A DNA stretch of 64,000 nt from Candidatus Latescibacterota bacterium (lineage in GTDB: Bacteria; Latescibacterota; UBA2968; UBA8231), in contig CBDCXV010000001.1 of assembly GCA_965223905.1 (NCBI GenBank), positions 896,001-960,000 on the forward strand, written 5' to 3'. This document shows positions 27,194 to 38,270 of this stretch, one piece after another. A program made the translations under genes and the position numbers. Within the stretch, counting starts at the first letter, position 1, and every line of letters begins with the position of its first letter. Under the pieces are notes generated by a model. That model ran no database searches, was not told the origin of the DNA, and was given only the letters and a program-made list of their open reading frames with translations.

Positions 27194-30100
27194 TCACACA
27201 ACAAAACGATACGCCCCGCGGAACAGCTCGATCCACGGGCTGAAGGCGGATGCGTCCCAGTCTTCGGGGCGGCAGGAAAGCTGCACGTTGCGGAAGACCC
27301 GCTCCGGGTGCGGCATCATGATGGTGACGCGGCCATCGGCGCTGGTCACCGCGGCAACTCCCGCGGTCGAGCCGTTCGGGTTGAACGGGTAGCGGCCGGC
27401 GATCTTCCCGCGGTTGTCGACGTAGCGCATGCCGAGCTGGCGGTTCGCTGACAGCCGCTCGAAACCGCCCTCCGGGAACTCGACACGGCCCTCGCCGTGG
27501 GCGACGGCGATCGGCAGCCGCGACCCCTCCATGCCGGAAAGCAGCACCGATCGCGTCGGCTCGACCTCGACGGTGACCTGGCGCGCCTCGAACTGCTCGC
27601 TGCGGTTGCGGGCGAAGCGCGGCCAGCCCTCGCTGCCGGGAATCAGCGTGGCGAGATGGGCGAGCATCTGGCAGCCGTTGCAGACCCCGAGGGTCACGGT
27701 GCCGGGGCGTTCGAAGAAGGCGGCGAACATGTCGCGGAGCGGCTCGTTGAAGAGGATCGAACGCGCCCACCCGGCGCCGGCCCCGAGCACGTCGCCGTAG
27801 CTGAAGCCCCCGCAGGCGGCCAGCGCCTGGAACCCGGCGAGGTCGGCGCGGCCGTCGATGAGGTCGGTCATGGTGACGTCGACCGCCTCGAACCCGGCGG
27901 CGTTGAAGGCGGCGGCCATCTCGACCTGGCCGTTTATGCCCTGCTCGCGGAGGATGGCGGCGCGCGGAGCCCTCAGGCCGGTCCCGGGCGGTTTGGATTC
28001 GGATTTGTCCGGGGCCGTCGAGGCCGGGTCGAAAGCCACTGCGTAGCGCGGCCCCGGGTCGGAGAAGTCGGCGTTGAACGCCCGCTCCTCTTCGGCGCAG
28101 TCCGGGTTGTCGCGCAGGGCCTGCATGCGGAAGGTCAGCTCGGACCAGGCGGCCTTCAGCTCCGCCGCGGATTCCCGGAAGATTTCGGCACCGTTTTGCC
28201 GGATCACGATATCGCATGGGTCGGCGCGGCCGGCCCCGCCGCTGTCCGGGCCGGTGCCGCCGCTTTCCGGGCGGGCGGGTCCGTCGTTGTCCCGGGGGCC
28301 CGCGCTGCCACTGTCCGGGCCGCTGGGTCCGCTGCTGTCCGGGCGACCGACCATGTGCGCGCAGTCCTCCAGCCCGTGCGCCGCCAGCACCTTCAGCACG
28401 CGCTCGAAATCGGCGCCGCGAACCTGCAGCAGGGCGCCGATCTCCTCGCAGAACAGCGCCGCCAGCGGATCCTCGCCGAGCCCGTCGATGGTCAGCTCCA
28501 GCCCGGTGCGGGCTCCGAAGGCCATCTCCGCCGCGGCGACGAAGAAGCCGCCGTCGGAGCGGTCGTGGTAGGCGAGCAGCAGCCCCCCGGCAATCAGCTC
28601 CTGCACCGCGGCGAACAGCCGCCGCACGTCCTCAGGCTCGATGTCGGGGGTGTCGTCTCCGACCTGGCTGTAGACCTGTGCCAGGCAGGATCCCCCGAGG
28701 CGGTTGCGCCCGCGCCCCAGGTCGATCAGCAGCAGCCGGCTGTCCGCTTCCGGCTTGAGGTCCGGGGTGACCGTGGCGCGGATGTCGGCGACCGGGGCGA
28801 ACGCCGAGACCACCAGGCTCAAGGGGGCGGCGATGGAGTGCTCGCGGCCGCGGCTGTCGCGCCAGGCGGCGCGCATCGACAGGGAGTCCTTGCCGACCGG
28901 AATCGAGACCCCGAGCCGCGGGCAGAACTCCATGCCGACCGCCTCGACGGTGTCGTAGAGGGCGGCGTCCTCCCCTTCCTCGCCGCAGGCGCACATCCAG
29001 TTGGCGGAGAGCTTGACCTTCTCGATGGCGCCGATCCTGGCCGCGGCGATGTTGGTGACCGCCTCGGCGATCGCCATGCGCCCCGAAGCCGGCGGGTCGA
29101 TCAGCGCCAGCGGCGCGCGCTCCCCCATGGCCATGGCCGAGCCGCGAAAGTCGCGGAACGAGGCCGCGGTCACGGCGACGTCGGAGATCGGCGTCTGCCA
29201 GGGGCCCACCATCTGGTCGCGGGCGACGAGCCCGGTGACCGTGCGGTCGGCTATTGTAATGAGAAAGGTCTTGTCGGCGACCGCGGGGAAGCGCAGCAGG
29301 CGCGCGACCGCTGCGGCGATGGTCACCTCCGAAAGGTCGAGGGGATCCGGCCGGCCGCCCCCGCGGGTCACGTCGCGGTGCATGCGCGGCGGCTTGCCGA
29401 GGATGACCTCGAGCGGCATCTCCCCGACCGGGTCGCCGCCCTGCAGCGGGTCGGACACCGAGAGCTTGCCGTCGCCGGTAATCTCGCCGATGACAGCGTA
29501 GAGGCAGCGCTCGCGGCGGGCGAGGCGCTCGAGGCGCTCGAGGTCCTCGGCCCGCACTACCAGCACGTAGCGCTCCTGCGCCTCGTTGCACCAGATCTCC
29601 ATCGGGCTCATGCCCGGGTCGTCGTTGGGGATCGCGCGCAGGTCGAAGCGGGCCCCCTGTCCCTCGACCAGCTCCGGGCAGGCGTTCGACAGCCCGCCGG
29701 CGCCGACGTCGTGGATGCTGACGATGGGGGTGCCGCCGCCCAGGGAGATGCAGCGGCTGATCAGCTCCTGGCAGCGGCGCTGCATCTCCGGGTTGTCCCG
29801 CTGCACCGAGGCGAAGTCGAGGTCGGCGAGGTTGCTGCCGCTGTCCATGCTCGAGGCGTAGCCGCCGCCCAGCCCGATCAGCATCGCCGGCCCCCCGAGC
29901 TGCACCACCCGGTCCCCCGGTTGCGGCTGCATCTTCTCGACCTGTCCGGCGGCGATCAGCCCGACCCCGCCGGCCACCATGATCGGCTTGTGGTAGCCGC
30001 GGTAGCGGCCGGGCGCGGTCTCCTCGAAGGTGCGGAAGAGGCCGAGGATGTTGGGGCGGCCGAACTCGTTGCCGAAGGCGGCGCCGCCGAGGGGGCCGTC

Positions 30101-31201
30101 GGTCATGATCTGCAGCGGCGTCGCCAGGCGCTCCGGGAACTCGGCGAAGTCGCGCTCCCAGGGCTGCGCGAATTCCGGGATGCGCAGGTGGGAGGTGTAG
30201 AAGGCGCAAAGCCCGGCCTGGGACTGGCCGCCGATGCCGGTCGCCCCCTCGTCGCGGATCTCGCCGCCGACCCCGGTCGAGGCCCCGGGAAAGGGAGAGA
30301 TCGCCGTCGGGTGGTTGTGGGTCTCCACCTTGCAGAGGATGTGGTTGAGCTCGTCGCGGTACCCGTAGGCGAAGGGACCCTCCGAGCCGGGGCGGAACGA
30401 CGGCGTCCGCCAGCCCTCGATGACCCCCGCGTTGTCGACGTACGCCTTCACCGTCCCCTGCGGACAGCGCGCGTGGGTGTTGCGGATCATGGCGAACAGG
30501 GAGCGCTCGCGCCGGGCGCCGTCGATGGTCCAGTCGGCGTTGAAGATCTTGTGGCGGCAGTGTTCGGAGTTGACGTTGGCGAACATCACCAGCTCGACGT
30601 CGGTCGGGTCGCGTCGGAGAGCGGCGAAGGCGTTGAACAGGTAGCGGATCTCGTCGTCGGACAGGGCCAGGCCCATCTCCCCATTGGCGCGCACCAGGGC
30701 GGCGGGCCCCTCGGCGAGGGACACCCGCTGCAGCGGCCGCGGGGCGACCTCGGAGAACAGGGGGGCGGCTTCTTGCAGAACCGCCTCGGTCATGCGGTCG
30801 TGCAGCAGGGGCAGCAGGGCGGCGGGGGAGAAAGGGCCGTCTGCGAGGATCCGGTACTCGGTGCCCCGCTCGATGCGGGCGACCGAGGCCAGGCCGCAGT
30901 TGCGCAGGATGTCGGTCGCCTTGGTCGACCAGGGAGAGATCGTCCCGGGGCGGGGGGCGATGCAGATGGTGGTGGCTGCGCTTTTGTCAGGGCCCTCGGT
31001 GGGGGGCCGGTCCGGGCCTGCGAGGTCGCCGAAGACCAGGGCCTCCAGGCGGCGGAGGTCGCCGCCCTGCCAGTGGACGAGGTAGAAATGGCGCGCCTCC
31101 AGCCCCCGGACCGCGGGCTCGGCCTGCCGGCACCGCTGCAGCAGCGCCTCCCGGCGGAAATCGGACAGGGCGTTGGGGCCGGGAAGCCGCAGTATGTTCA
31201 T
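27194..31201 (-). CDS. purL: Phosphoribosylformylglycinamidine synthase (large, single-chain type)
   Basis: NSEHCRHKIFNA, KVETHNHPTAISP, HDVGAGGLSNA, GGFSYGD, GVCNGCQ and MMPHPER motifs. Confidence 0.97.
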   Translation of the reverse strand: MNILRLPGPNALSDFRREALLQRCRQAEPAVRGLEARHFYLVHWQGGDLRRLEALVFGDLAGPDRPPTEGPDKSAATTICIAPRPGTISPWSTKATDILRNCGLASVARIERGTEYRILADGPFSPAALLPLLHDRMTEAVLQEAAPLFSEVAPRPLQRVSLAEGPAALVRANGEMGLALSDDEIRYLFNAFAALRRDPTDVELVMFANVNSEHCRHKIFNADWTIDGARRERSLFAMIRNTHARCPQGTVKAYVDNAGVIEGWRTPSFRPGSEGPFAYGYRDELNHILCKVETHNHPTAISPFPGASTGVGGEIRDEGATGIGGQSQAGLCAFYTSHLRIPEFAQPWERDFAEFPERLATPLQIMTDGPLGGAAFGNEFGRPNILGLFRTFEETAPGRYRGYHKPIMVAGGVGLIAAGQVEKMQPQPGDRVVQLGGPAMLIGLGGGYASSMDSGSNLADLDFASVQRDNPEMQRRCQELISRCISLGGGTPIVSIHDVGAGGLSNACPELVEGQGARFDLRAIPNDDPGMSPMEIWCNEAQERYVLVVRAEDLERLERLARRERCLYAVIGEITGDGKLSVSDPLQGGDPVGEMPLEVILGKPPRMHRDVTRGGGRPDPLDLSEVTIAAAVARLLRFPAVADKTFLITIADRTVTGLVARDQMVGPWQTPISDVAVTAASFRDFRGSAMAMGERAPLALIDPPASGRMAIAEAVTNIAAARIGAIEKVKLSANWMCACGEEGEDAALYDTVEAVGMEFCPRLGVSIPVGKDSLSMRAAWRDSRGREHSIAAPLSLVVSAFAPVADIRATVTPDLKPEADSRLLLIDLGRGRNRLGGSCLAQVYSQVGDDTPDIEPEDVRRLFAAVQELIAGGLLLAYHDRSDGGFFVAAAEMAFGARTGLELTIDGLGEDPLAALFCEEIGALLQVRGADFERVLKVLAAHGLEDCAHMVGRPDSSGPSGPDSGSAGPRDNDGPARPESGGTGPDSGGAGRADPCDIVIRQNGAEIFRESAAELKAAWSELTFRMQALRDNPDCAEEERAFNADFSDPGPRYAVAFDPASTAPDKSESKPPGTGLRAPRAAILREQGINGQVEMAAAFNAAGFEAVDVTMTDLIDGRADLAGFQALAACGGFSYGDVLGAGAGWARSILFNEPLRDMFAAFFERPGTVTLGVCNGCQMLAHLATLIPGSEGWPRFARNRSEQFEARQVTVEVEPTRSVLLSGMEGSRLPIAVAHGEGRVEFPEGGFERLSANRQLGMRYVDNRGKIAGRYPFNPNGSTAGVAAVTSADGRVTIMMPHPERVFRNVQLSCRPEDWDASAFSPWIELFRGAYRFVV

Positions 31202-31499
31202 GGGCCGTAGTCGGTTACGGGTGTGCCGGAAGCCGGGGGTCGGGGAGGGTGGGAAATCTACCGGCGCCGCAGGAGCCCTTCAAGGGAATCCGGCATGAAA
31301 AGGAGCGATGCGGGAGATCAGCGGGATTAATGTCGGTGAAGCAGGTGGAAAAGGGACGGCTGGCGTACGGCCGTCGATTTCCTTGTCGTGGTTGCGGGGC
31401 CGGGCGGGCAAACCAGGGGGCCGTCTACTTGCAGCCGGAAGGGATCATCCCAGTCCGGACAACGACGCCAAAACTGGATTGTGCTCGTGAATGATCGGT

Positions 31500-33325
31500 G
31501 CCGAAACCTTGACTTGACGGGAGTTGGGATGGGCGCCCGGTCGTGGCGGAATGTATCCGGAATGTGAGGGAATCTTCACACTCCCGTGCGCTGACCGACC
31601 CAGTCATAGAGCAAGTTCCCCTGAATACAACGGACGGGAGCACGGGTGGTCCGCCCCTTGCTGTGGGACCGGCACCATGCCGGCCACCACACCAGTCCGC
31701 CCACCCGCGTACCGCCGCCGCGAACCGGAAAAGGAGCCCCTCTACCAGATCATGGCGGGGCATCTGGAACCCTTTCTCCAGCACACCCGAACCTCCGAGC
31801 ACCGACTGCCGCTCCCTGTCGAGAAGGAGATGCGCGCCTACCTCGAATGCGGCATTCTGGCCTACGGGTTCGTGCGCGCCCGTTGTGAGGACTGCGGGGC
31901 GAGCCGGGCCGTTGCCTTTTCCTGCAAGAAGCGGGGGTTCTGCCCCTCCTGTTGCGGCCGGCGCATGGCCGATACGGCGGCGCGCCTTGTCGACGACGTG
32001 ATGCCCCGGGTGCCGGTGCGCCAGTGGGTGCTCAGCTTTCCGTACGAGATTCGCTACCGACTCGCCTATGACGGCGAGTGGGTCTCGGCCGTACTGGCGG
32101 TGTTTCTGCGCGTGGTGGGCGGCTGGTATCGACGCCAGGCGCAGGCCCTGGGCCATGACCGCGCGCGGTGGGGCTCGGTGACCTTTGTCCAGCGGTTCGG
32201 TTCCTCCTTAAACCTCAATCCTCATCTGCATGTGCTCATGCTCGACGGGGTCTACGTCGATGGGGAGGACGCTCCGGTTTTCGTTCCGGCCCCGCCGTTG
32301 TCCGACCAAGCCGTGCAGCAGATCGTGGAGACGAGTGCGCGCCGCATCATCCGCTTGTGCACGAAACGCGGCCTGCTCGACGACACCGCAGCCGATCCGC
32401 TCACCGACGAGGAGCCCGTGCTGGCCGCCCTCACGGCGGCCTCGGTGCGGGGGACCGTCGCCACCGGGGAACGGGCCGGCCAGCGCCTGCGACGCGCCCT
32501 CAAAGATCCGGCCACCGGGGTACGGACCGCGCTCTTGTGCGTTGCTTCGCGCGGTTTTTCCCTGCATGCGGCGACGCGGATCGCGGGCCCTGACCGGCGG
32601 GGGCTCGAACGTTTATGCCGCTACGTGGCCCGGCCGGCCCTGGCGGGAGGGCGTCTGCGCATTCTCGATGCCGAGCACCTTTCCTTCGCGCTCAAAACGC
32701 CTTGGTCGGATGGGACCAGCCATCTGGTACTGTCCCCCCTGGAACTGCTGGAGAGACTGGCAGCTCTGGTCCCCCCGCCCCGGCTCCATCTCCTGCGCTA
32801 CCACGGTGTCCTGGCGCCCCGTGCCCGGGACCGCGACCGCATCGTGCCCGCCAAGCCGGTTGCGGAGTCGCCGGCTTTGGACGGCGATCCGAGCCCCCAA
32901 CCCTGCGGCCATCGGTTGGGGTGGGCGGCCCTGCTGGCGCGGGTGTTTTCCGCCGAGCTCAGCGCAGGCCCGCCTGTGGCGGGCGCCTGCGGATCCTCGC
33001 CGCCCTCACCGATCCGGTCTCGGTCCGGACCTATCTGGAGGGGGTAGGGCTGCCGGCACGGCCTCCCCCGAGGGCCCCGCCTGAGCCGCAGTTCGAGTTC
33101 GCCGCCTGACCTGCCTTCTCGACCCGTCGCCGGGCGTACGGCTGGGTGTGCCCTCAACGGTCCCTCAGGCCCCGGATTGATCCGGATACGGGCCGACAGG
33201 CAACCCAACGGTACTGCGAGCTCGGTCGAAGGACGGGCAAACGATCCTCCGGGAGCTGCCGGACCCTGGCGGTGCCCTCAGCGCCTGGACCGAGAGTCCA
33301 AAAAGGTGCCTCATTTTACCTATAC
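31500..33325 (+). mobile_element. ISCR/IS91-family rolling-circle element (left/terIS boundary approximate)
   Basis: HUH transposase followed by an oriIS-like end ...CCTCATTTTACCTATAC; no TIRs or TSD. Confidence 0.8.
31677..33109 (+). CDS. IS91/ISCR-type transposase (frameshift near 32968)
   Basis: Zn-binding CEDC..SCKKRGFCPSC; NPHLHVL HUH; LERLCRYVARP; C-terminal PACGGRLRILAAL...APPEPQFEFAA in another frame. Confidence 0.88.
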
Positions 33326-33466
33326 TTCATGGAGGCGGGAGACGTGCTGCTGTTCATGGGGGCGGCACAGACGCACGGCGCCTATCCGTGGATGAACGAG
33401 AAGCCGCGTCGCGGGGTCATTCTGACGTACATATCGAAGAATTTGGAATTGATGTTCCAACGGTGA
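33326..33466 (+). pseudogene. C-terminal fragment of a phytanoyl-CoA dioxygenase (PhyH)-like gene, truncated at the oriIS
   Basis: FMEAGDVLLFMGAAQTHGAYPWMNEKPRRGVILTY begins exactly at the IS end. Confidence 0.6.
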
Positions 33467-33553
33467 AAGCCAAAGGCGCCCATCTGTGTGCATCGGTGCC
33501 AGCCGTTCATGCCCGGTGTGTAGGCGCACATGAACACGAAAGGGAGGAGCTCC

Positions 33554-35173
33554 GTGAATCCGTCTCAAGACAGGCCAGGCGCAGTGGCGGTTGGGGAGGC
33601 CGAGGTGCCGATCGCTCCACGCGGCACTCAGCGTATCCACTTTGTGAGCGATCCGTCCAGCATCGCCGTGGGTTTGCTGCCCGACCCGGTGGAGGCCGAC
33701 GATCTTCGGCGGTGGGTGGACATGCTCGCCGACAGCGGCGTGGACATCTTGCAGCAGGATGCCTACCACAAGGGGTGCACGATCTATTGGCGGTCAGACC
33801 AGTTTCAGTACGACCCGCGCCGGCAGCACAAGCGGTTCCTGCCCATGCTGGACGCGGGCATCCAACCCCTGCAGGTGCTTCTCGACCAGAGTCACAAGCG
33901 CGGCATGGCATTCGTGGCCGGGTTTCGCATGAACGACAACCACGGACGTGCCCATTTCCCCGACCGTGCCGAGTTCGTCGAGTCACACCCGGAGTGGTGG
34001 CTGCCGGATACTCGCGAGCCCGGGCCCAACCGGGATCTGTACGAGGGACGGATTCTCGACTTCACCTTCGACGGGGTACGCGAGTTCGTCTTCGAGGTGG
34101 CGCGGGAGCTCGTGAGCCGCTTCGATGTGGACGGTCTGGAGATGACCTTCCGGGAACCGGCGTACTTCCCGTTTCCTGAGGGGAGGCAGCGCGCGCACCT
34201 GATGACCGATCTGGTGCGGCGCCTCCGCGGCCTGCTGGACGAGAGCAGCCACGGCCGGCGGATGACGTTGGGCGCCCGGGTGTTCTCCACGATGGAGGAG
34301 TGCCTGGATATGGGACTCGATGTGCCAACCTGGATTGACCAGGGTCTCATAGACTTTCTCAGCCCGGAGAACACGATGTACTCCGACTTCAATGCCGGCT
34401 ACGCAGAATTTGGCGCCCTCACGCGAAACAGCCAATGCATGCTGTATCCGGGACTGCACCCGTGGATCAGTGACCGCAGACGGCGGATAATGAAGAGCAC
34501 GATGACTCCGTCCAACTGTAGGGCGCTGGCCCACACGTTCTATGGAGCTGGCGCCGACGGGATCTCCATCTACAACCACTACGTCGGCTACTTGCGGTTT
34601 CCACCGTTCTACCCGCAGGCGTTACAGATATTCCACGAACTGCGCGAGCCGCAGAAGGTGGCCCGCGGCGAGCGGCACTACGTCTTCGACCCCACTGAAG
34701 AACACTGGGGAGAAATACTGGCCGAGGGGGATCTGGCCGAAGGCGAATGGAAACGCGTGGCGTGGGAGCGGGACGCGAGTGCCGGCCCGGATGGTTGGAC
34801 GACCGGGGCGGTCAAGGCGCTGAGGGTCGTCCTCGACCGCGGCGTCCCGAAGCCATCGGGAGTATATCCGTTCCGATTGTACGAGCGCATGGATCGCGTA
34901 ATCCAGGCCACGCTCCTGTTGCGAGGTAGCCTTACCGAACGGGACGAAGTGGAAGTGCGGCTCAACGGCGTGCCCTTGGCGCCCGCGCTGCTGGGCACGT
35001 CCGATGCCAGTTATCTCATCAACCGGCCACCCGACATCCGTTGGTACCCGGTGCCCGCCGGCGCGATGACTTACGGCGAGAACCAGCTGAGCATCACGCT
35101 GACCAGCGGGGATCCTCAGGCCTCCGGGGAGATCGTGATCGACGAGGTGGAAGTCTGGGTGCAGCCGAAATAG
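33554..35173 (+). CDS. GHL10-like glycoside hydrolase-like protein (paralog of 497-2038)
   Basis: GTG start with GGAGG RBS; GFRMND, DVDGLEMTF and GADGISIYN motifs. Confidence 0.6.
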   Translation: MNPSQDRPGAVAVGEAEVPIAPRGTQRIHFVSDPSSIAVGLLPDPVEADDLRRWVDMLADSGVDILQQDAYHKGCTIYWRSDQFQYDPRRQHKRFLPMLDAGIQPLQVLLDQSHKRGMAFVAGFRMNDNHGRAHFPDRAEFVESHPEWWLPDTREPGPNRDLYEGRILDFTFDGVREFVFEVARELVSRFDVDGLEMTFREPAYFPFPEGRQRAHLMTDLVRRLRGLLDESSHGRRMTLGARVFSTMEECLDMGLDVPTWIDQGLIDFLSPENTMYSDFNAGYAEFGALTRNSQCMLYPGLHPWISDRRRRIMKSTMTPSNCRALAHTFYGAGADGISIYNHYVGYLRFPPFYPQALQIFHELREPQKVARGERHYVFDPTEEHWGEILAEGDLAEGEWKRVAWERDASAGPDGWTTGAVKALRVVLDRGVPKPSGVYPFRLYERMDRVIQATLLLRGSLTERDEVEVRLNGVPLAPALLGTSDASYLINRPPDIRWYPVPAGAMTYGENQLSITLTSGDPQASGEIVIDEVEVWVQPK

Positions 35174-35270
35174 CCCCGGGCGCCAGGAGGGTTCTTTCAC
35201 GAATTGACCGAAGGTGTCCCGCTTCAGAAATGTGATTTTTCGCACCGCTAAATCGTAGAAACTGACTTAA

Positions 35271-36920
35271 CCTGAATTATTCATAAAATAGGCGATGTCC
35301 CCAGTATAAATGGTTGTTTATCCCTAAGTTAGGGGTAGACCAAAACAAAACCATTTGGAGAGGACACCGCGATGAAAAATTGGCATCACACTCTGTCGTT
35401 TGCAAGGGTCTCGGGCAAGAAAGTCGAAGCCGATTTCGATGGCGGCTGCACCACTCACGATGGGGGCCTGCTGCTGCTGAGAAAGGCCGAAGCCCACACC
35501 GGCGTCCTTAAGCGTATGGTGGCGGCGTTGCCGGATCGGCGCCATCCCAGTTACATCGACCATAGCAGCGAGGACCTCCTTCGCCAGCGCGTCTTTCAAA
35601 TCGCCTGCGGCTACGAAGACGCCAATGACAGCGACGATCTGCGCTGCGATCCGGGGCTGAAAGCCGCCTGCGAACGGGCGCCGTTGACGGGCCCGGATCT
35701 GGCCAGTCAGCCGACCCTGTCTCGTTTGGAGAACCGGGTCAGCCGCAGCGATCTCTACCGCCTTGCGCGCTCGTTGCTGGACACGTTTATCGCATCCTAC
35801 GAGAAGCCGCCGAAGAAGATCATCGTCGACATCGATGACACCGAGGATATCACCCATGGGGCGCAGCAACTGACGTTGTTCAACGCCTACCATAAAGAAT
35901 ATTGCTACATGCCCGTGCACCTCTACGAAGGGCATTCGGGGCGCTTGATTACGGCGATTCTGCGCCGGGGTCGTCGCATCAAGGGCGGCGAAGCGGCGGC
36001 GATTCTGCGGCGCGTTTTGGCGGCGATTGTCACGGCCTGGCCCAAGGTGCAGATCACGTTGCGGGGGGACTCGCACTTCAGCACCCCGGAGGTCCACGAG
36101 GTGTGCGAAGAGTATGGCCTGTCGTTTATCCTGGGCCAGGCTCCCAACTGCAAGCTGCACGAACTCGGGGCGCCGCTGATGGAGCAGGCGCGGGCTCAAG
36201 CCGAGGAGGGCACCGAAGAGGAGCCGGTGCGGCTCTTTACCCGTTTCGACTACCAGGCCAAGAGCTGGAAGCGCCCGCAGCGCATCCTCTACAAAGCCGA
36301 GGTTACCCAGGGCAAAGCCAATCCTCGCTTTGTGACCACCAACATCCCGGACCGAACCCCCAAGTTTTTGTATGAGAAGGTCTATTGTGCCCGCGGACGG
36401 GCGGAAGGATTCATCAAGAATCACAAGACCTTCCTGCATTCGGACCGCACCTCCTGCCATCGCTTCGCGGCCAATCAATTCCGTCTGTTTCTGCACAGCG
36501 CCGCCTACGTGCTCCTGCACGCCCTGCAGCAGATCGGCCTGCACGGCACGCGATGGGCGACGGCCACCTTCGACACGATCCGGCTTCGCGTGCTCAAAAT
36601 CGGGGCGAGGGTGCGCGAGCGGGCGAGGAGCATTCGTTTTCACTTTGCTACCTCGTATCCCCTTCAGGACGTGTGGAGGACGATCCTCTTCAACTTTGAC
36701 TCCAGCTAGCGTCCCACGGAGGAGGCTAAAAATCGATCACCCGCAAAACCAAGGGAGCACTGTGTTCAAATCCGACGAACTACCGCCTGAAACCGGGACC
36801 TGCGATCAGATACCGATGCAAAACCTGAACTCGACAGACACACGAGCACGGAAAAAGGCACCGGGCACTAAAAATATCGCGTGCGTCCTGCTCATCTCAG
36901 CGATTTGTGAATAATCCAGG
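35271..36920 (+). mobile_element. IS1380 family insertion sequence
   Basis: TIRs CCTGAATTATTCATAA / TTGTGAATAATCCAGG; TTAA duplicated at 35267-70 and 36921-24. Confidence 0.93.
35372..36709 (+). CDS. IS1380 family transposase
   Basis: FDGG, GYEDAND, ASQPTLSRLEN, DIDDT, RGDSHF and YCARGRAE motifs. Confidence 0.95.
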   Translation: MKNWHHTLSFARVSGKKVEADFDGGCTTHDGGLLLLRKAEAHTGVLKRMVAALPDRRHPSYIDHSSEDLLRQRVFQIACGYEDANDSDDLRCDPGLKAACERAPLTGPDLASQPTLSRLENRVSRSDLYRLARSLLDTFIASYEKPPKKIIVDIDDTEDITHGAQQLTLFNAYHKEYCYMPVHLYEGHSGRLITAILRRGRRIKGGEAAAILRRVLAAIVTAWPKVQITLRGDSHFSTPEVHEVCEEYGLSFILGQAPNCKLHELGAPLMEQARAQAEEGTEEEPVRLFTRFDYQAKSWKRPQRILYKAEVTQGKANPRFVTTNIPDRTPKFLYEKVYCARGRAEGFIKNHKTFLHSDRTSCHRFAANQFRLFLHSAAYVLLHALQQIGLHGTRWATATFDTIRLRVLKIGARVRERARSIRFHFATSYPLQDVWRTILFNFDSS

Positions 36921-37014
36921 TTAAGTTAACGCCTATTAGGGTTGATTAAGACTCCGGTCACGGGAGGGTACTCCGGAGATCCACCACCCTAAACCCCTTT
37001 ACAAGGAGCCAATA

Positions 37015-37439
37015 ATGAAGAAGATCATTCTCGCAGCAGGGGCATTGATGCTGATGGCCGGGCAGCTGCTGGCCGATATGCATGAAGGCCCGCCCCCCGA
37101 GGACATGCCGCAGATAACGCTCATGCCGCCACCGCCCGGGGAAGGGGAACCTCCACCCGAACCACCTGAGGATGTGGGCGAACCCCCCATGGACCCTGAG
37201 GCAGCCAAAGACTGGCTCCTCGGGATAACCTTCCCGATGATGGATAGCGATGGCAGCGGCGGATTGAGCTATGAGGAAGTGCGCGCCTGGGTGGCCTGGA
37301 TGCACATCCCGCCCATGGAGCCTCCCCCCGAAGGCGAGCCACCTCCCGAAGGTGAACCGCCACCCGAAGGTGAGCCACCCCCCGAGGGCGAACCGCCAGA
37401 AGGTGAGCCGGGTGCGCCTTGCGGCGACTTCATCGGCAA
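37015..37439 (+). pseudogene. Secreted Pro-rich EF-hand protein, 3'-truncated by an ISCR fragment
   Basis: AAGGAG RBS; signal peptide; DSDGSGGLSYEE EF-hand; sequence switches to ISCR DNA at 37440. Confidence 0.7.
37318..37410 (+). repeat. 18-bp coding repeat (EPPPEG x about 5)
   Basis: CCNCCNCCCGARGGYGAR units. Confidence 0.85.
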
Positions 37440-37691
37440 TCCGGACCTATCTGGAGGGGGTAGGGCTGCCGGCACGGCCTCCCCCGAGGGCCCCGCCTGA
37501 GCCGCAGTTCGAGTTCGCCGCCTGACCTGCCTTCTCGACCCGTCGCCGGGCGTACGGCTGGGTGTGCCCTCAACGGTCCCCTCAGGCCCCGGATTGATCC
37601 GGATACGGGCCGACAGGCAACCCAACGGTACTGCGAGCTCGGTCGAAAGACTGGCAAACGATCCTCAGGGGAGTTGCCGGACCCTGGCGGT
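37440..37691 (+). mobile_element. Internal 3' fragment of the ISCR element (oriIS tip missing)
   Basis: Near-identical to about 33024-33273. Confidence 0.9.
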
Positions 37692-38270
37692 ATGTTGCAA
37701 TCAAAACGAGGGCTTGAGCGCAAAAGTCATACTGGTGAATTTTATTTACACTGAGTTTATTTGATCTGTGACAGCGCTCTCTGTGTTGCCGGCAACATCC
37801 TCGGCCCAGAAGCAGTAGTACTGATCATCGTCCGCAGCGTCAAGCTGAATGGTGCCGGTGTATGAAGTAGCGTTTGCCGGGGCGGTGGCGGCGCAGTTAT
37901 TATTGCTTTGTCTTTGGTATGAGAGGGTGGATGTGTTGAAGAGGTAGACGGCGCCAGTATCACTTTCGTCGCCATCATCGCCAACCGCCCCAATCACCAA
38001 GGTGTTGCCGTCAAGAGTTGCCGCAGAACCAAAGCTATCGCCGGAATCTAGATTAACGTCAAGTTTACCCGCCCCGCCGCCATTGTCTGAAATTTTTATC
38101 GTCTCTTACCATGACGAGCCGCTTATTTTGGCAAACAGGTAAACGGCGCCTTTGTTGGTTCCACCGTCATCATCGCCATATGCACCAACCATCAACGTAT
38201 CAGCTGAAGTTGTTCCGGTAAGAGCCACGGCGGAGCTAAAGTTGTCGTAGTCATCCAGGTCAACGGCTAG

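Noticed and set aside
27497-31210. 1237-aa plus-strand ORF and many other long overlapping ORFs (e.g. 6744-9083, 20294-22012, 28632-30209)
   Set aside because: Antisense or alternate-frame shadows of real high-GC genes; Arg/Gly/Pro-rich with no motifs.
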